From Candidatus Magasanikbacteria bacterium RIFOXYD1_FULL_40_23 (GTDB lineage Bacteria; Patescibacteriota; Patescibacteriia; Magasanikbacterales; GWA2-37-8): a stretch of 64,000 nucleotides of DNA. A program made the position numbers and the translations under genes. Position 1 is the stretch's first letter, and each line of letters begins with the position of its first letter. A model generated the notes under the pieces. That model saw only the letters and a program-made list of their open reading frames with translations. It searched no databases and had not been told where the DNA came from. Location: assembly GCA_001783215.1 (NCBI GenBank), contig MFRA01000005.1, forward strand, positions 329,423 to 393,422, written 5' to 3'. Shown here piece by piece: positions 46,565 to 55,900 of this stretch.

Positions 46565-47287
46565 ATGAAAATATTTATAGATAGTGCTGATCTTAAGGAG
46601 ATTGAAAAGTATGTCAGTTGGGGAATTTGTGATGGTGTTACCACCAATCCTAGCATTTGTTTAAAATCCGGAGTAACGGGCGGTGAAGAAGGAATGAAGC
46701 AAAGATCAATTGAAATTGCTAATCTTATTGCGCCTCAACCACTAAGTGTAGAGGTAACTTCCGATGATATAGACCAGGTCTTTGCTCAGGCTAGAAAGTT
46801 TAATACTTGGGCAGACAATATTTCCGTAAAAGTTACTATTACCGATAGAAACGGTGCTTCACTTTTGCCTGCAGTATATAGACTCGTTAGCGAAGGTATT
46901 TCGGTAAATGTTACTGCTATGATGACCTTTAACCAAGCTATTATGGCTGCCAAGGCTATAAATGCCGGTTTAGAAAAAACCAATATTAAGAAAACTCATT
47001 TTATTAGTATTTTTGCCGGCAGAATTTCAGAAGAGCATGGGGTAGAGCATTCGCAAAAAGTTCTTGAAGATGTAAGGCAGTGGCTTGATTTTCATAACTA
47101 TAAAAATATTGAAATTATTGTTGGCTCAGTACGTAGTCCGGAAAATGTAAAATTGTGGGGCAAGAGTGGTGCCCATATTCTTACTATACCTCCAGAAGTA
47201 ATTGGTAAATGTTTGATGAATGCTCGTACCAAAGAAACAGTTGTGCAGTTCTTAAATGATGCCAATAAGGCCATGCAATCTCTCTAG
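46565..47287 (+). CDS. transaldolase / fructose-6-phosphate aldolase (TalC/FSA subfamily)
   Basis: FIDSADLKEI ... GVTTNPS and overall alignment to E. coli FSA; about 220-240 aa. Confidence 0.75.
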   Translation: MKIFIDSADLKEIEKYVSWGICDGVTTNPSICLKSGVTGGEEGMKQRSIEIANLIAPQPLSVEVTSDDIDQVFAQARKFNTWADNISVKVTITDRNGASLLPAVYRLVSEGISVNVTAMMTFNQAIMAAKAINAGLEKTNIKKTHFISIFAGRISEEHGVEHSQKVLEDVRQWLDFHNYKNIEIIVGSVRSPENVKLWGKSGAHILTIPPEVIGKCLMNARTKETVVQFLNDANKAMQSL

Positions 47288-47323
47288 TCTCAGGTAGTTC
47301 AGCCATGGTATACTAATTCTACT

Positions 47324-48418
47324 ATGTCAAAGAATGGCGCCCAAACAATATCCGCTTGTCTTGTTATTTATAATGAAGAAAAAGTAATCAAGCAGTGTTT
47401 AGAAAGTATTAAAGATTTAGTTGATGAAATTATAGTTGTTCATGACGGGCAGTGTACGGACAGAACTTTAGAAATAGTTAAGCAATATACAGATAAAATA
47501 TTTGTTAGAGACCATCTAGTTCTCAACGAACCGCACTTAGTATTTGCTTTTGATCAAGCTAAATGTGAGTGGTTATTGCGCATGGATGCGGATGAGTTTT
47601 TTGATACTGCCGATCATGACAAGCTTCGCAAAATGCTAGCTTCTTCTGTTGCTGTAGACGGCTATACTTTAAATTGGGAGTTGTGGGACGGCGAAAAAAT
47701 AGTAACCTTTAAAGGCTTGCAGAAGTCTTGTTTTTTTAGGCGAAAGAATTTTCATTATATTGGTGTTTCACAAGAGGTTGGGTGGGTAGATGGCGAAATG
47801 AAAAAAGAAGAAATAGTTTTACATCACCGTCCTAATTATAATAATGTGGTGGGCGAGGCAGTAATGAAAAAAGCAAGCAAGTGGGTGCCTATCTACGCAA
47901 AATCTTTTTTTCCGGAGCTTTCTACATATGCCTGTTATAATACAACCCCAGACAAGTGGGTTAATTATGCCAAAAAAGTTCGCAAACACCCTGTTTTATA
48001 TTTACTTTTTTATCCGCTTAAAACATTCTTGGCTCAATTAAAAAACGGTCTATTATTTAGTTGGGTAGGGTGCAAGGTTGCTTTTCAGCATTATATTATT
48101 TATACATGGCTCTACTTACAGATATGGCAATTGCAAAGAAAAGTTGAGCCAGAAAAAACTGTTATTGGTGTTTTAAAAAAAATAGGAAAAGTATTGTATA
48201 AATACTGGATGAAGTTCGCTCATGTTTTGGGAACTATAAACGGTTTTATTATCCTCTTCGTTTTTTATTTTGTGATTATTGGCTTGTATGCGCTGGTGCA
48301 AAAAAGCATAATGTTGATTTCTAGATTAGTAACAAGAGAAAAAAAGAACGAGCCTACTTTTTGGAAACAAAAAATGGAGAAGGGTGATGGCTTGGATCAT
48401 TTAAAGTATCAATTTTAA
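47324..48418 (+). CDS. family-2 glycosyltransferase with C-terminal TM region (paralog of the 54992 gene)
   Basis: ISACLVIYNEEKVIKQCLESIKDLVDEIIVVHDGQCTDRTLEI; two C-terminal TM helices. Confidence 0.6.
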   Translation: MSKNGAQTISACLVIYNEEKVIKQCLESIKDLVDEIIVVHDGQCTDRTLEIVKQYTDKIFVRDHLVLNEPHLVFAFDQAKCEWLLRMDADEFFDTADHDKLRKMLASSVAVDGYTLNWELWDGEKIVTFKGLQKSCFFRRKNFHYIGVSQEVGWVDGEMKKEEIVLHHRPNYNNVVGEAVMKKASKWVPIYAKSFFPELSTYACYNTTPDKWVNYAKKVRKHPVLYLLFYPLKTFLAQLKNGLLFSWVGCKVAFQHYIIYTWLYLQIWQLQRKVEPEKTVIGVLKKIGKVLYKYWMKFAHVLGTINGFIILFVFYFVIIGLYALVQKSIMLISRLVTREKKNEPTFWKQKMEKGDGLDHLKYQF

Positions 48419-48420
48419 GT

Positions 48421-50220
48421 ATGTCCAAAGAAAATATTTACATCTTAGGACTGTCATTTGACTATCACGACTCTGCTGCCGCTTTAATAAAAGATGGCAA
48501 GGTTGTGGCAGCTGCTCAAGAAGAAAGATTTACACGAGAAAAACAAGATTCATCTTTGCCAGAAAATGCAATTAAATATTGTTTGGATTTTGCCGGTATT
48601 TCTGCCGACCGTTTGGACTACGTGGTATTTTACGAGAAGCCATTTATAAAATTTGAGCGTTTGATAAAAAATTATATTAACACATGGCCAAGAGGATTTA
48701 TATCTTTTGTTAAAGCCATGCTTGTTTTTCTTAAAACAAAACTTTGGGTAGAGAGTAGAGTTCGCAAAGCGTTGGGCGGGTATAAAGGCCAAGTATTGTT
48801 TACCGAGCATCACTATTCGCATGCTGCCAGCGCTTATTATTGTTCTAATTTTGAAGATGCGGTGGTAGTTACTATGGACGGAGTGGGTGAATTTGATACG
48901 AGTACCTTTGGTTATGGCAAAGGGAGCGACTTAAAGCTAACTCATACTATAGAATTTCCACATTCTTTGGGTCTGTTTTATTCCGCACTTACTTATTATT
49001 TGGGTTTCAAAGTAAACAGCGCTGAATATAAAGTTATGGGGCTTGCGCCTTATGGAGATCCGGATAAATATTACGATAAGTTTAAAGAGTTAATGGAAGT
49101 AAAAGAAGATGGGGGAATAAAACTAAACATGAAATATTTTTCATACGAGTATGGTTTGCGTATGACAAATAAAAATTTTGATAAGTTGTTTGGTGGTCCA
49201 GCCAGAAAACCAGAATCACCGCTAACTCAAAAAGAAAAAGATATTGCAGCTGCTTTGCAAAAAGTAACCAACGAAGTAGTGTTGAAAATTGTTGATTATG
49301 CCAGGTCTGTGCACCCTTCAAAAAACCTTTGCTTGGCTGGTGGTGTGGCCCTAAATTGTGTGGCAAATGGCAAGATTTTGGAGAAGAACTGGTTTGAGCA
49401 TATCTATATCCAACCAGCCGCAGGAGATGCTGGAGGGGCTGCTGGAGCGGCCTTGTTTGCCTATTTTAGCGGCTTGGGCAACACCTATCCGCTTGTCGAG
49501 GGTAAGGTAATGGATACGATATATCTTGGTCCAGAATATAGCGAAGCAGAGATAGAGAAGTTTTTAAATGATGAGGTAAAAAGTATTATTGGAGAAAATA
49601 ATAAAGTTATTTATACAAAATTATCCGGAGAAGAGGTTGTAAAACAAGTCTCTGATTTAATTACCGGCAATAATGTAATTGGTCTTTTTGGTGGGCGTAT
49701 GGAATATGGTCCGCGCTCTTTGGGCAATCGTTCTATTATTGCAGATGCACGCAACAAAGAAAATTGGCAAAAAGTAAATTTAAAAATAAAATTTAGAGAA
49801 AGCTTTAGGCCTTTTGCGCCTACTGTTTTAGAAGACAAATTATCCGAATGTTTTGATATTCCAGTACCAAGTCCCTATATGCTACTAGTGGCGCCAGTAA
49901 AAAGAACAGATGTACCAGCCATTACTCATGTAGATAATTCGGCCCGCATTCAATCTGTAAGCAGAGAGCAGAATCCAAGATATTACGATATTATAAAATC
50001 GTTTTACGACAAAACAGGTTGCCCAATAATAATAAATACATCATTTAATGTGCGTGGAGAGCCTATCGTGATGTCGCCTCGCGACGCTTTCAATACGTTC
50101 TTAAATACATTCATGGACTATCTTATTTTGGGAGATTTTATAATTTCCAAAAAAGATAATGAGCATTTGGTGGACAGCGAAAAAATGAAGACCTATTTGG
50201 GTAAGTTTAAATTGGATTAG
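48421..50220 (+). CDS. carbamoyltransferase (NodU/CmcH family)
   Basis: N-terminal ILGLSFDYHDSAAALIKDGKVVAAAQEERFTREK, HHYSHAASAYY, and a C-terminal YrdC/Kae1-like domain. Confidence 0.8.
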   Translation: MSKENIYILGLSFDYHDSAAALIKDGKVVAAAQEERFTREKQDSSLPENAIKYCLDFAGISADRLDYVVFYEKPFIKFERLIKNYINTWPRGFISFVKAMLVFLKTKLWVESRVRKALGGYKGQVLFTEHHYSHAASAYYCSNFEDAVVVTMDGVGEFDTSTFGYGKGSDLKLTHTIEFPHSLGLFYSALTYYLGFKVNSAEYKVMGLAPYGDPDKYYDKFKELMEVKEDGGIKLNMKYFSYEYGLRMTNKNFDKLFGGPARKPESPLTQKEKDIAAALQKVTNEVVLKIVDYARSVHPSKNLCLAGGVALNCVANGKILEKNWFEHIYIQPAAGDAGGAAGAALFAYFSGLGNTYPLVEGKVMDTIYLGPEYSEAEIEKFLNDEVKSIIGENNKVIYTKLSGEEVVKQVSDLITGNNVIGLFGGRMEYGPRSLGNRSIIADARNKENWQKVNLKIKFRESFRPFAPTVLEDKLSECFDIPVPSPYMLLVAPVKRTDVPAITHVDNSARIQSVSREQNPRYYDIIKSFYDKTGCPIIINTSFNVRGEPIVMSPRDAFNTFLNTFMDYLILGDFIISKKDNEHLVDSEKMKTYLGKFKLD

Positions 50221-50831
50221 AGTTCTACCGGTTTTATCCGAGCCGAAAGAAGTTTCTTGTAAAATTGATTGGTCCAGCCAATAAAGTTTTTGCCGCCGGC
50301 AATGCGTTTGGCTGTAGGCGTGCGTAACCAATAAAAATCATCATATATTAAACGAATATCATTTTGTATTTTTTTCCAATCAGCACTTGGGTTTTGTTTT
50401 TCTCGTGTCCAAAGTATTGGTCCAAACAGATCTAGTTTATCGGCGTCGCGTAGTATTACTGCCTCCCAGTATTTATCAGCAAAGTTATTCCAGTGGTTGC
50501 GTATGGAGTAAAGTATGATGGTTTTTTCTTGACGAGACAGGGAAGAATACATAGGGTCTGCACGAAACCATTGGCGGCATAATTCGTATGAAATTTCGTG
50601 GTGGGTAATACCCGGGAATTTTTGTTCGTCGGCCCGGCCTATATCGTGCAGCAGCCCGCTTAGAGCTGATAAAAAAATATTGCCACCGTGAGCCTTTGCT
50701 AAACGTATGGCGAAAAGTCGAACTCTGTCAGCGTGGCCGTAGTCGTGGCTTGGAGCAGGGTTACTTTTCAAAAAATCACGGACTTTACTCTCTGTGTGTT
50801 TAATAATAGATTTTTGTTCTTTTGTGTACAT
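50217..50831 (-). CDS. HD-domain phosphohydrolase
   Basis: H...HD...D motifs (SHDYGHADRV, LLHDIGR, LRDADKLD). Confidence 0.6.
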   Translation of the reverse strand: MYTKEQKSIIKHTESKVRDFLKSNPAPSHDYGHADRVRLFAIRLAKAHGGNIFLSALSGLLHDIGRADEQKFPGITHHEISYELCRQWFRADPMYSSLSRQEKTIILYSIRNHWNNFADKYWEAVILRDADKLDLFGPILWTREKQNPSADWKKIQNDIRLIYDDFYWLRTPTAKRIAGGKNFIGWTNQFYKKLLSARIKPVEL

Positions 50832-50934
50832 AGTCTATTTAGTAGATAAATTAGAGCATCTTCTAAGGCTTAATTTTATCATAAATAGACGCCTGGTCAA
50901 CTAAAATTAAGTGTTTTTTGCTAGGCAATGTTAG

Positions 50935-50964
50935 TTGACTGTAATTTAAGCGGCATGCTACAAT
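50935..50964 (+). promoter_or_regulatory. candidate sigma70-type promoter (TTGACT-18-TACAAT) in a divergent intergenic region
   Basis: hexamers seen directly; flanked by direct repeats AACTAAAATTA(A)G at 50899-50912 and 50981-51004. Confidence 0.35.
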
Positions 50965-51009
50965 AATAGCGTATTTTTAACTAAAATTAGAAGTAAAATT
51001 AAGTAAAGT

Positions 51010-52191
51010 ATGTCCGAGGGGAAGAAAAATATAATAACACTCGCAGTTGCGGTAGTCTTTTCTCTTTTGGTTATAGAGGGGATGCTTCGTCTTTTTGAAA
51101 CTCAAACCTATGTGGCTCTTTGGCAGGTAAACAAAGACAATATGGTGGTTTTAAAACCAAATTTAGATAAAAATATTTTTGATAATGAAGATTTAAAGTA
51201 CCATCATGTAAAAATTAATAGTTTAGGTTTTTTGGGAGAAGACGTAAACCAAGAAAAACCAATCGACACTTTGCGTATTGCAGTTATGGGGGATTCATAT
51301 GTGGCGGCCACTGGCGTTGATTTTGATAAAACTTTTCCGTACTTATTAACAAAAAAGGTGCAAGATTTGCTTGCCACTGCCACAAGTTCAGCATACAAAA
51401 AAGTAGAAGTCTTAAATTTTGGTATGGGTGGTACCGGCACGGTAGACGAGATGAAGTATTATGAAAAGTATGCGCAAAAGTATAATCCAGATGTAGTAGT
51501 TTTAAGTTTCTATCTTCAAAACGATACAGTTGATAATAGTTTGAATTATGAGCATCGAGATGCAATGCTATCTTCCAAGGAACAATGGAGTACTTTTCCT
51601 CAGTATGGATCAACACAAGTAAAAAGTTTTGTATCTATTAAAGATAAAGTATATAGAAAATCAGCTATTGTAAGGTTTGTAGATAGGGTGGTGAGAAGTA
51701 GTCCTAAATTAAGCGGTCTAGCTGTAAAGCTTGGACTGCATCGTCCGCCAGTTAAAGGTGAGTCTGGATTAGATATTCCATTTGATGATTATTATTACAT
51801 AGAGCCGTTAGATAGCCAGCGCGCAGAATACCTAAAGTTTAGTTCTGATCTATTGAATAATTTTAAAAAGCAGTTAGACACAGACGGTGTTAAATTTGCA
51901 ATCATGTTTATTCCAGAAGGAAAGACTATAAACGACGATTTGATAAATGCGTTCAAAAATACCTACCCTAAACTAAAAGATTTTAATTTTAATCCTAAGG
52001 GGATGGAAAATAAGCTAATTTCTGCAGTAGATCCTTCAGTAAAAGTTTTGAATTTACGCGAAACAATGACAAAACAAGTATCAGAAAATAAAGAAATGTA
52101 TAAAAATGGTACGGGTCATTTTGCCGAAGGCGGGCACGAGGTAGCTTCGGATGCTTTGGCTAATTTTATCTTTGATTCATTTTTTAAGTAA
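51010..52191 (+). CDS. SGNH/GDSL-family hydrolase or O-acyltransferase-like protein, membrane-anchored
   Basis: N-terminal TM helix; GDS block IAVMGDSYVAATG; C-terminal GHF...GGH. Confidence 0.5.
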   Translation: MSEGKKNIITLAVAVVFSLLVIEGMLRLFETQTYVALWQVNKDNMVVLKPNLDKNIFDNEDLKYHHVKINSLGFLGEDVNQEKPIDTLRIAVMGDSYVAATGVDFDKTFPYLLTKKVQDLLATATSSAYKKVEVLNFGMGGTGTVDEMKYYEKYAQKYNPDVVVLSFYLQNDTVDNSLNYEHRDAMLSSKEQWSTFPQYGSTQVKSFVSIKDKVYRKSAIVRFVDRVVRSSPKLSGLAVKLGLHRPPVKGESGLDIPFDDYYYIEPLDSQRAEYLKFSSDLLNNFKKQLDTDGVKFAIMFIPEGKTINDDLINAFKNTYPKLKDFNFNPKGMENKLISAVDPSVKVLNLRETMTKQVSENKEMYKNGTGHFAEGGHEVASDALANFIFDSFFK

Positions 52192-52222
52192 ATCGATTTA
52201 ATAAATAATCAATAGTAATTAT

Positions 52223-52384
52223 ATGAATGATACGATAGGAATATTAAAACAACTTTGGAGCTTTTTAAAGATGAGAAAGAAGTGGTGGTTGGCGCCGATT
52301 TTAGTAATCTTATTTTTGTTTGCGGGGCTTTTGGTCTTTGCACAGACATCTCCACTTGCGCCGTTTATTTATACATTGTTCTAA
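52223..52384 (+). CDS. small hydrophobic ORF (53 aa) immediately upstream of, and overlapping, the GT2 gene start
   Basis: MNDTIGILKQLWSFLKMRKKWWLAPILVILFLFAGLLVFAQTSPLAPFIYTLF contains a single TM helix; its stop overlaps the GTG start at 52387. Confidence 0.25.
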   Translation: MNDTIGILKQLWSFLKMRKKWWLAPILVILFLFAGLLVFAQTSPLAPFIYTLF

Positions 52385-52386
52385 AT

Positions 52387-53079
52387 GTGAAGCTTTCTAT
52401 AATAGTTCCGGTATATAATGAGAAAAATACTATACAAGAAATCTTGAAAAGATTAGATGTTTTAGATTTGGGTGTGGTAGAAAAAGAATTAGTTATTATC
52501 GACGATTATTCCACCGACGGCACCCGCCAAATTATTGAGGGCTTGCCTGCAAAATATAAAAAGATTTTTCATAATCAAAATCAGGGCAAGGGCGCCGCCA
52601 TTCGCAGCGGCCTAAAGGAAGCAAGTGGTGATTATATCGTGATACAGGATGCGGATATGGAATATGACCCGAACGATTTGAAAGTTATGGTCGACAAGAT
52701 GATTGCGGAAAAGCTTCAGGTATTGTATGGTTCGCGCCGGCTTAAAAAAGAGAATGTTCAGTATTCTGGTTTATTGTATTACTTTGGAGGTTGGTTGCTT
52801 ACGGTAATAGCCAATATTTTGTACGGACAAAAAATAACAGATGAGCCTACTTGCTATAAAATGTTTCAAGCAAATTTTATTAAAAGTTTACCGCTGCAAT
52901 GCAGTCGTTTTGAGTTTTGTCCAGAGGTAACAGCGCTGTCGGCTTTGCGAGGTGTAAAAATAACCGAAGTGCCAATTTCGTATTTTCCTCGCCACAGAAA
53001 CGAAGGTAAAAAAATTCGTTGGCAAGATGAGTTTGTGGCTATCTGGGTGTTATTAAAGTATAGGTTCAAAAAGATATGA
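52387..53079 (+). CDS. polyprenyl-phosphate sugar synthase-type GT2 (DPM1/ArnC/GtrB-like)
   Basis: from the GTG start: KLSIIVPVYNEKNTIQEIL ... IIDDYSTDGT ... IVIQDADMEYDP. Confidence 0.7.
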   Translation: MKLSIIVPVYNEKNTIQEILKRLDVLDLGVVEKELVIIDDYSTDGTRQIIEGLPAKYKKIFHNQNQGKGAAIRSGLKEASGDYIVIQDADMEYDPNDLKVMVDKMIAEKLQVLYGSRRLKKENVQYSGLLYYFGGWLLTVIANILYGQKITDEPTCYKMFQANFIKSLPLQCSRFEFCPEVTALSALRGVKITEVPISYFPRHRNEGKKIRWQDEFVAIWVLLKYRFKKI

Positions 53080-53684
53080 GGGAACTAGCATTTGGTGAAA
53101 ACAAAATATCTGTTTTAGATAAAGTAATATTTTTTTTCCGAGCAAGGCGCATAAAAAAATATTTGCAAGATTGTGATGTAGTTGTAGATGCTGGCTGCGG
53201 CCATTCTGCTACTCTTCTGAAATGGATTTTGAAAACCTTTTCTGTCAAAAAGGGGATTGGCCTAGATGTTTCTTTTGAAGGTGGTCTAACAGACGAAAAA
53301 TTGAATTTAATAAAAAGTGATTTTTCTAATCCGTTACCGCTTGGCGACAACCTGGCTGATTATGTTATTTCTACGGCGGTTGTAGAACATTTATCAGATC
53401 CTTTGTTTCATGCAAAAGAAATAGAGAGGGTATTAAAGCCCGGTGGTAAGTTGTTGCTTACCACGCCCTCAAAGTTGGCAAAACCAATTTTGGAGTTTTT
53501 GGCTTTTAAATTGGGTGTTATAGACAGAGACGAAATAGCCGATCATAAACAATATTTTAATGTTGCAGAGCTAAAGGAGCTGCTGGTTAAATGTGGGTTC
53601 CGCCCTGAAGATATTTCTGCCCACACTTTTTTATTTGGACTAAATAATTTTATTTTAGCAAAAAAGTATGTCAAATCTAATTGA
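53076..53684 (+). CDS. class I SAM-dependent methyltransferase
   Basis: VVDAGCGHSAT ... VEHLSDP ... LKPGGKLLLTTP; ATGA overlap with the upstream gene. Confidence 0.6.
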   Translation: MRELAFGENKISVLDKVIFFFRARRIKKYLQDCDVVVDAGCGHSATLLKWILKTFSVKKGIGLDVSFEGGLTDEKLNLIKSDFSNPLPLGDNLADYVISTAVVEHLSDPLFHAKEIERVLKPGGKLLLTTPSKLAKPILEFLAFKLGVIDRDEIADHKQYFNVAELKELLVKCGFRPEDISAHTFLFGLNNFILAKKYVKSN

Positions 53685-54873
53685 AAAGTTAAAAAAACAT
53701 AAAATAATATTAGCCCTCTTTTTGTTGGCGACCCTAAACCTCCTTGTTTTTTGGAGATTGTATGGTTTTCATCCAAACAACGATACGGGCGGATTTATTG
53801 ATCTGATTAATTTTTTTAGAGGCCAAGACATTGCCTTTTTTGTGCCAGCTAGATATTTGAACCCGTTCTATGCGATAGTTGGTTCTAAGATATTGTTTTT
53901 CATGTCTGCGGAGCATAGTTTGATTACCACTAACATATTTTTTTATTACGGTCTTGTTTTCCTTACTTATGGTTTGATTAGGCGCGTATTTAAAAATAAT
54001 TTTATTGGTTTTACATCGGCTATTATCGTGATGACTGGCTATGCTATGGTGCGATATGCCCTTACTCAAGTTCAGGATATTGGTGGTTATTTCTGGTTTC
54101 TTTTAACTTTGTATGCCGGATGGAGATGGTGGGAGGAAAAAGACAAAAAGTGGCTTTATTTAGGCGGTGTAGCCGTAGCTTTTGGGCTTTTAACAAAGGA
54201 GAGTGGCGCTATGGGGGCCTTGTTTGTGGGTATTTTGTTTTTACTTGATAAAGTTTCTTGGAAAGAAAGAATATTTAATTTTATTAGGTTCTCTATTCTT
54301 CCATTTGCGACTATTGTTATCAATGCGTTTAGAGGAATGGATGTAGATTATAATTCCGCTCGTTGGTTTGTCTTTGCTTGGAAAGAATATGCCAAAGATA
54401 ATTTTACTCTGTTTAAATGGTTTGGTGTTCACACCACCACGTATAATATTCTGTGGTTTTTTATTTTGGTTGGTTTATACTTCTTAATCAAAAATTGGAA
54501 AGATTTGGATAGAAATATAAAAATTTATTTATTGGCAGTCATACCTTCAAGCCTCTCTTATTACATGTGGTCGTTATTTATAGCCAGAACTGTATTTATT
54601 TCCGCTTGGCTTTTCGTGCCGATTGCTAGCTATGGTATATATAGCGTATATGCCAAAGGGCGTATGTATAAGCACGTAGCCGTAGGAATGATTATTTTGG
54701 CTATGGTTACCCCGTACGTTCTGCAAAGTACCCTTCGTTACGCTACTATTTTTACAATAATGAATATTTGTAAGAATAATATCCCTTGTACTTGGAACTA
54801 TTTTTGGAAAAATAGACAGCAGTTTAGCACGACTGGGGACGTGCTTTACTTTCAGTATAAATTGGACCAATAG
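53668..54873 (+). CDS. polytopic membrane protein, putative GT-C-fold glycosyltransferase
   Basis: 401 aa with about 11 TM helices, directly downstream of a polyprenyl-phosphate sugar synthase. Confidence 0.4.
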   Translation: MSNLIEKLKKHKIILALFLLATLNLLVFWRLYGFHPNNDTGGFIDLINFFRGQDIAFFVPARYLNPFYAIVGSKILFFMSAEHSLITTNIFFYYGLVFLTYGLIRRVFKNNFIGFTSAIIVMTGYAMVRYALTQVQDIGGYFWFLLTLYAGWRWWEEKDKKWLYLGGVAVAFGLLTKESGAMGALFVGILFLLDKVSWKERIFNFIRFSILPFATIVINAFRGMDVDYNSARWFVFAWKEYAKDNFTLFKWFGVHTTTYNILWFFILVGLYFLIKNWKDLDRNIKIYLLAVIPSSLSYYMWSLFIARTVFISAWLFVPIASYGIYSVYAKGRMYKHVAVGMIILAMVTPYVLQSTLRYATIFTIMNICKNNIPCTWNYFWKNRQQFSTTGDVLYFQYKLDQ

Positions 54874-54991
54874 ACCAGGATTATCGCTTAAATGGCTTGC
54901 TTTTGGGGCTAAAACATGCTAGCATTAAGTGTGCTAGAGGTGGTAATTTTTTGTAAAAACGGTTGGTTTGTTAGGTGTAAATGGTTGCCCT

Positions 54992-55801
54992 ATGCCAAGT
55001 AAAAAAGACACAATTTCTGCTTGTTTGGTAGTTTATAACGAAGAAGCTGTTATTGAGCGTTGCTTGCAAAGTATAAAAGGTCAGGTGGATGAAATAATAA
55101 TAGTCCATGATGGCCCTTGCGCAGACAAGACTTTAGAAATAGCAAAACGCTATACTGACAAAATTTTTGTAAGAGATCATGCCGGGGTAATGGAGGCGCA
55201 TTTGGTATTTGCGTTCCAGCAAGCCCAAAGCGAATGGTTGTTGCGCATAGATGCAGATGAGTTTTTGGATGCAGATAGTTTTTTAAAAATTAAAGAAGCG
55301 ATACAGCCAGAAACTGTAGATGCACTGATTTTGAACTGGGAAATGTGGAATGGTCAAGAAACAATCAGTTTGCCGGGGTTGCAAAAAATGTGTCTGATGA
55401 GAAAAAACAGATTTCATTATTGTGGTGTGCCCCATGAAAATGGCGAGGTAGATGGTCAAGTAAAAAAGATTGACGCATTTTTACATCATCGTCCAGCGTA
55501 CAACAATGTGGCCTGGTCATCCTTTCTGCGAAAGAGTAAAAAATGGGTTCCAATACACGCCAACTATTTTTTTCCAGAAAACATTTCTTTTACATGTTTT
55601 AATAGTAGTTCAGACAAATGGATAGAACACGCAAAGTATGTGCGTACACATATTTGGCGATATTTATTTTTTAAACCAATTAAAATGTCTCTAGGCCAGC
55701 TCAAAAATGGTCTATGGAAAAGTTTTATTGGTATACAGGTTTCCGTTCAAGTTTATGTCTATTACACCATGCTTTATTGGCAAATAATAAAAAAACTATA
55801 A
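54992..55801 (+). CDS. family-2 glycosyltransferase (paralog of the 47324 gene)
   Basis: ISACLVVYNEEAVIERCLQSIKGQVDEIIIVHDGPCADKTLEI, about 60% identical to the N-terminal half of the 47324 product. Confidence 0.6.
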   Translation: MPSKKDTISACLVVYNEEAVIERCLQSIKGQVDEIIIVHDGPCADKTLEIAKRYTDKIFVRDHAGVMEAHLVFAFQQAQSEWLLRIDADEFLDADSFLKIKEAIQPETVDALILNWEMWNGQETISLPGLQKMCLMRKNRFHYCGVPHENGEVDGQVKKIDAFLHHRPAYNNVAWSSFLRKSKKWVPIHANYFFPENISFTCFNSSSDKWIEHAKYVRTHIWRYLFFKPIKMSLGQLKNGLWKSFIGIQVSVQVYVYYTMLYWQIIKKL

Positions 55802-55824
55802 TATAAAAACTTATTTCGAATATA

Positions 55825-55900
55825 GGGGCTAAAGCCCATATATTCTCATTCACTCGCATAAAGTTAAATACATTTAACTTTATGCTCATTCATTTCGAAT
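55825..55900 (+). promoter_or_regulatory. conserved hairpin+leader cassette (family B), copy E
   Basis: GGGGCTAAAGCCC + ATATATTCTCATTCACTC ... CTCATTCATTTCGAATATG, preceded by a partial tail copy CTTATTTCGAATAT at 55810-55823. Confidence 0.65.
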
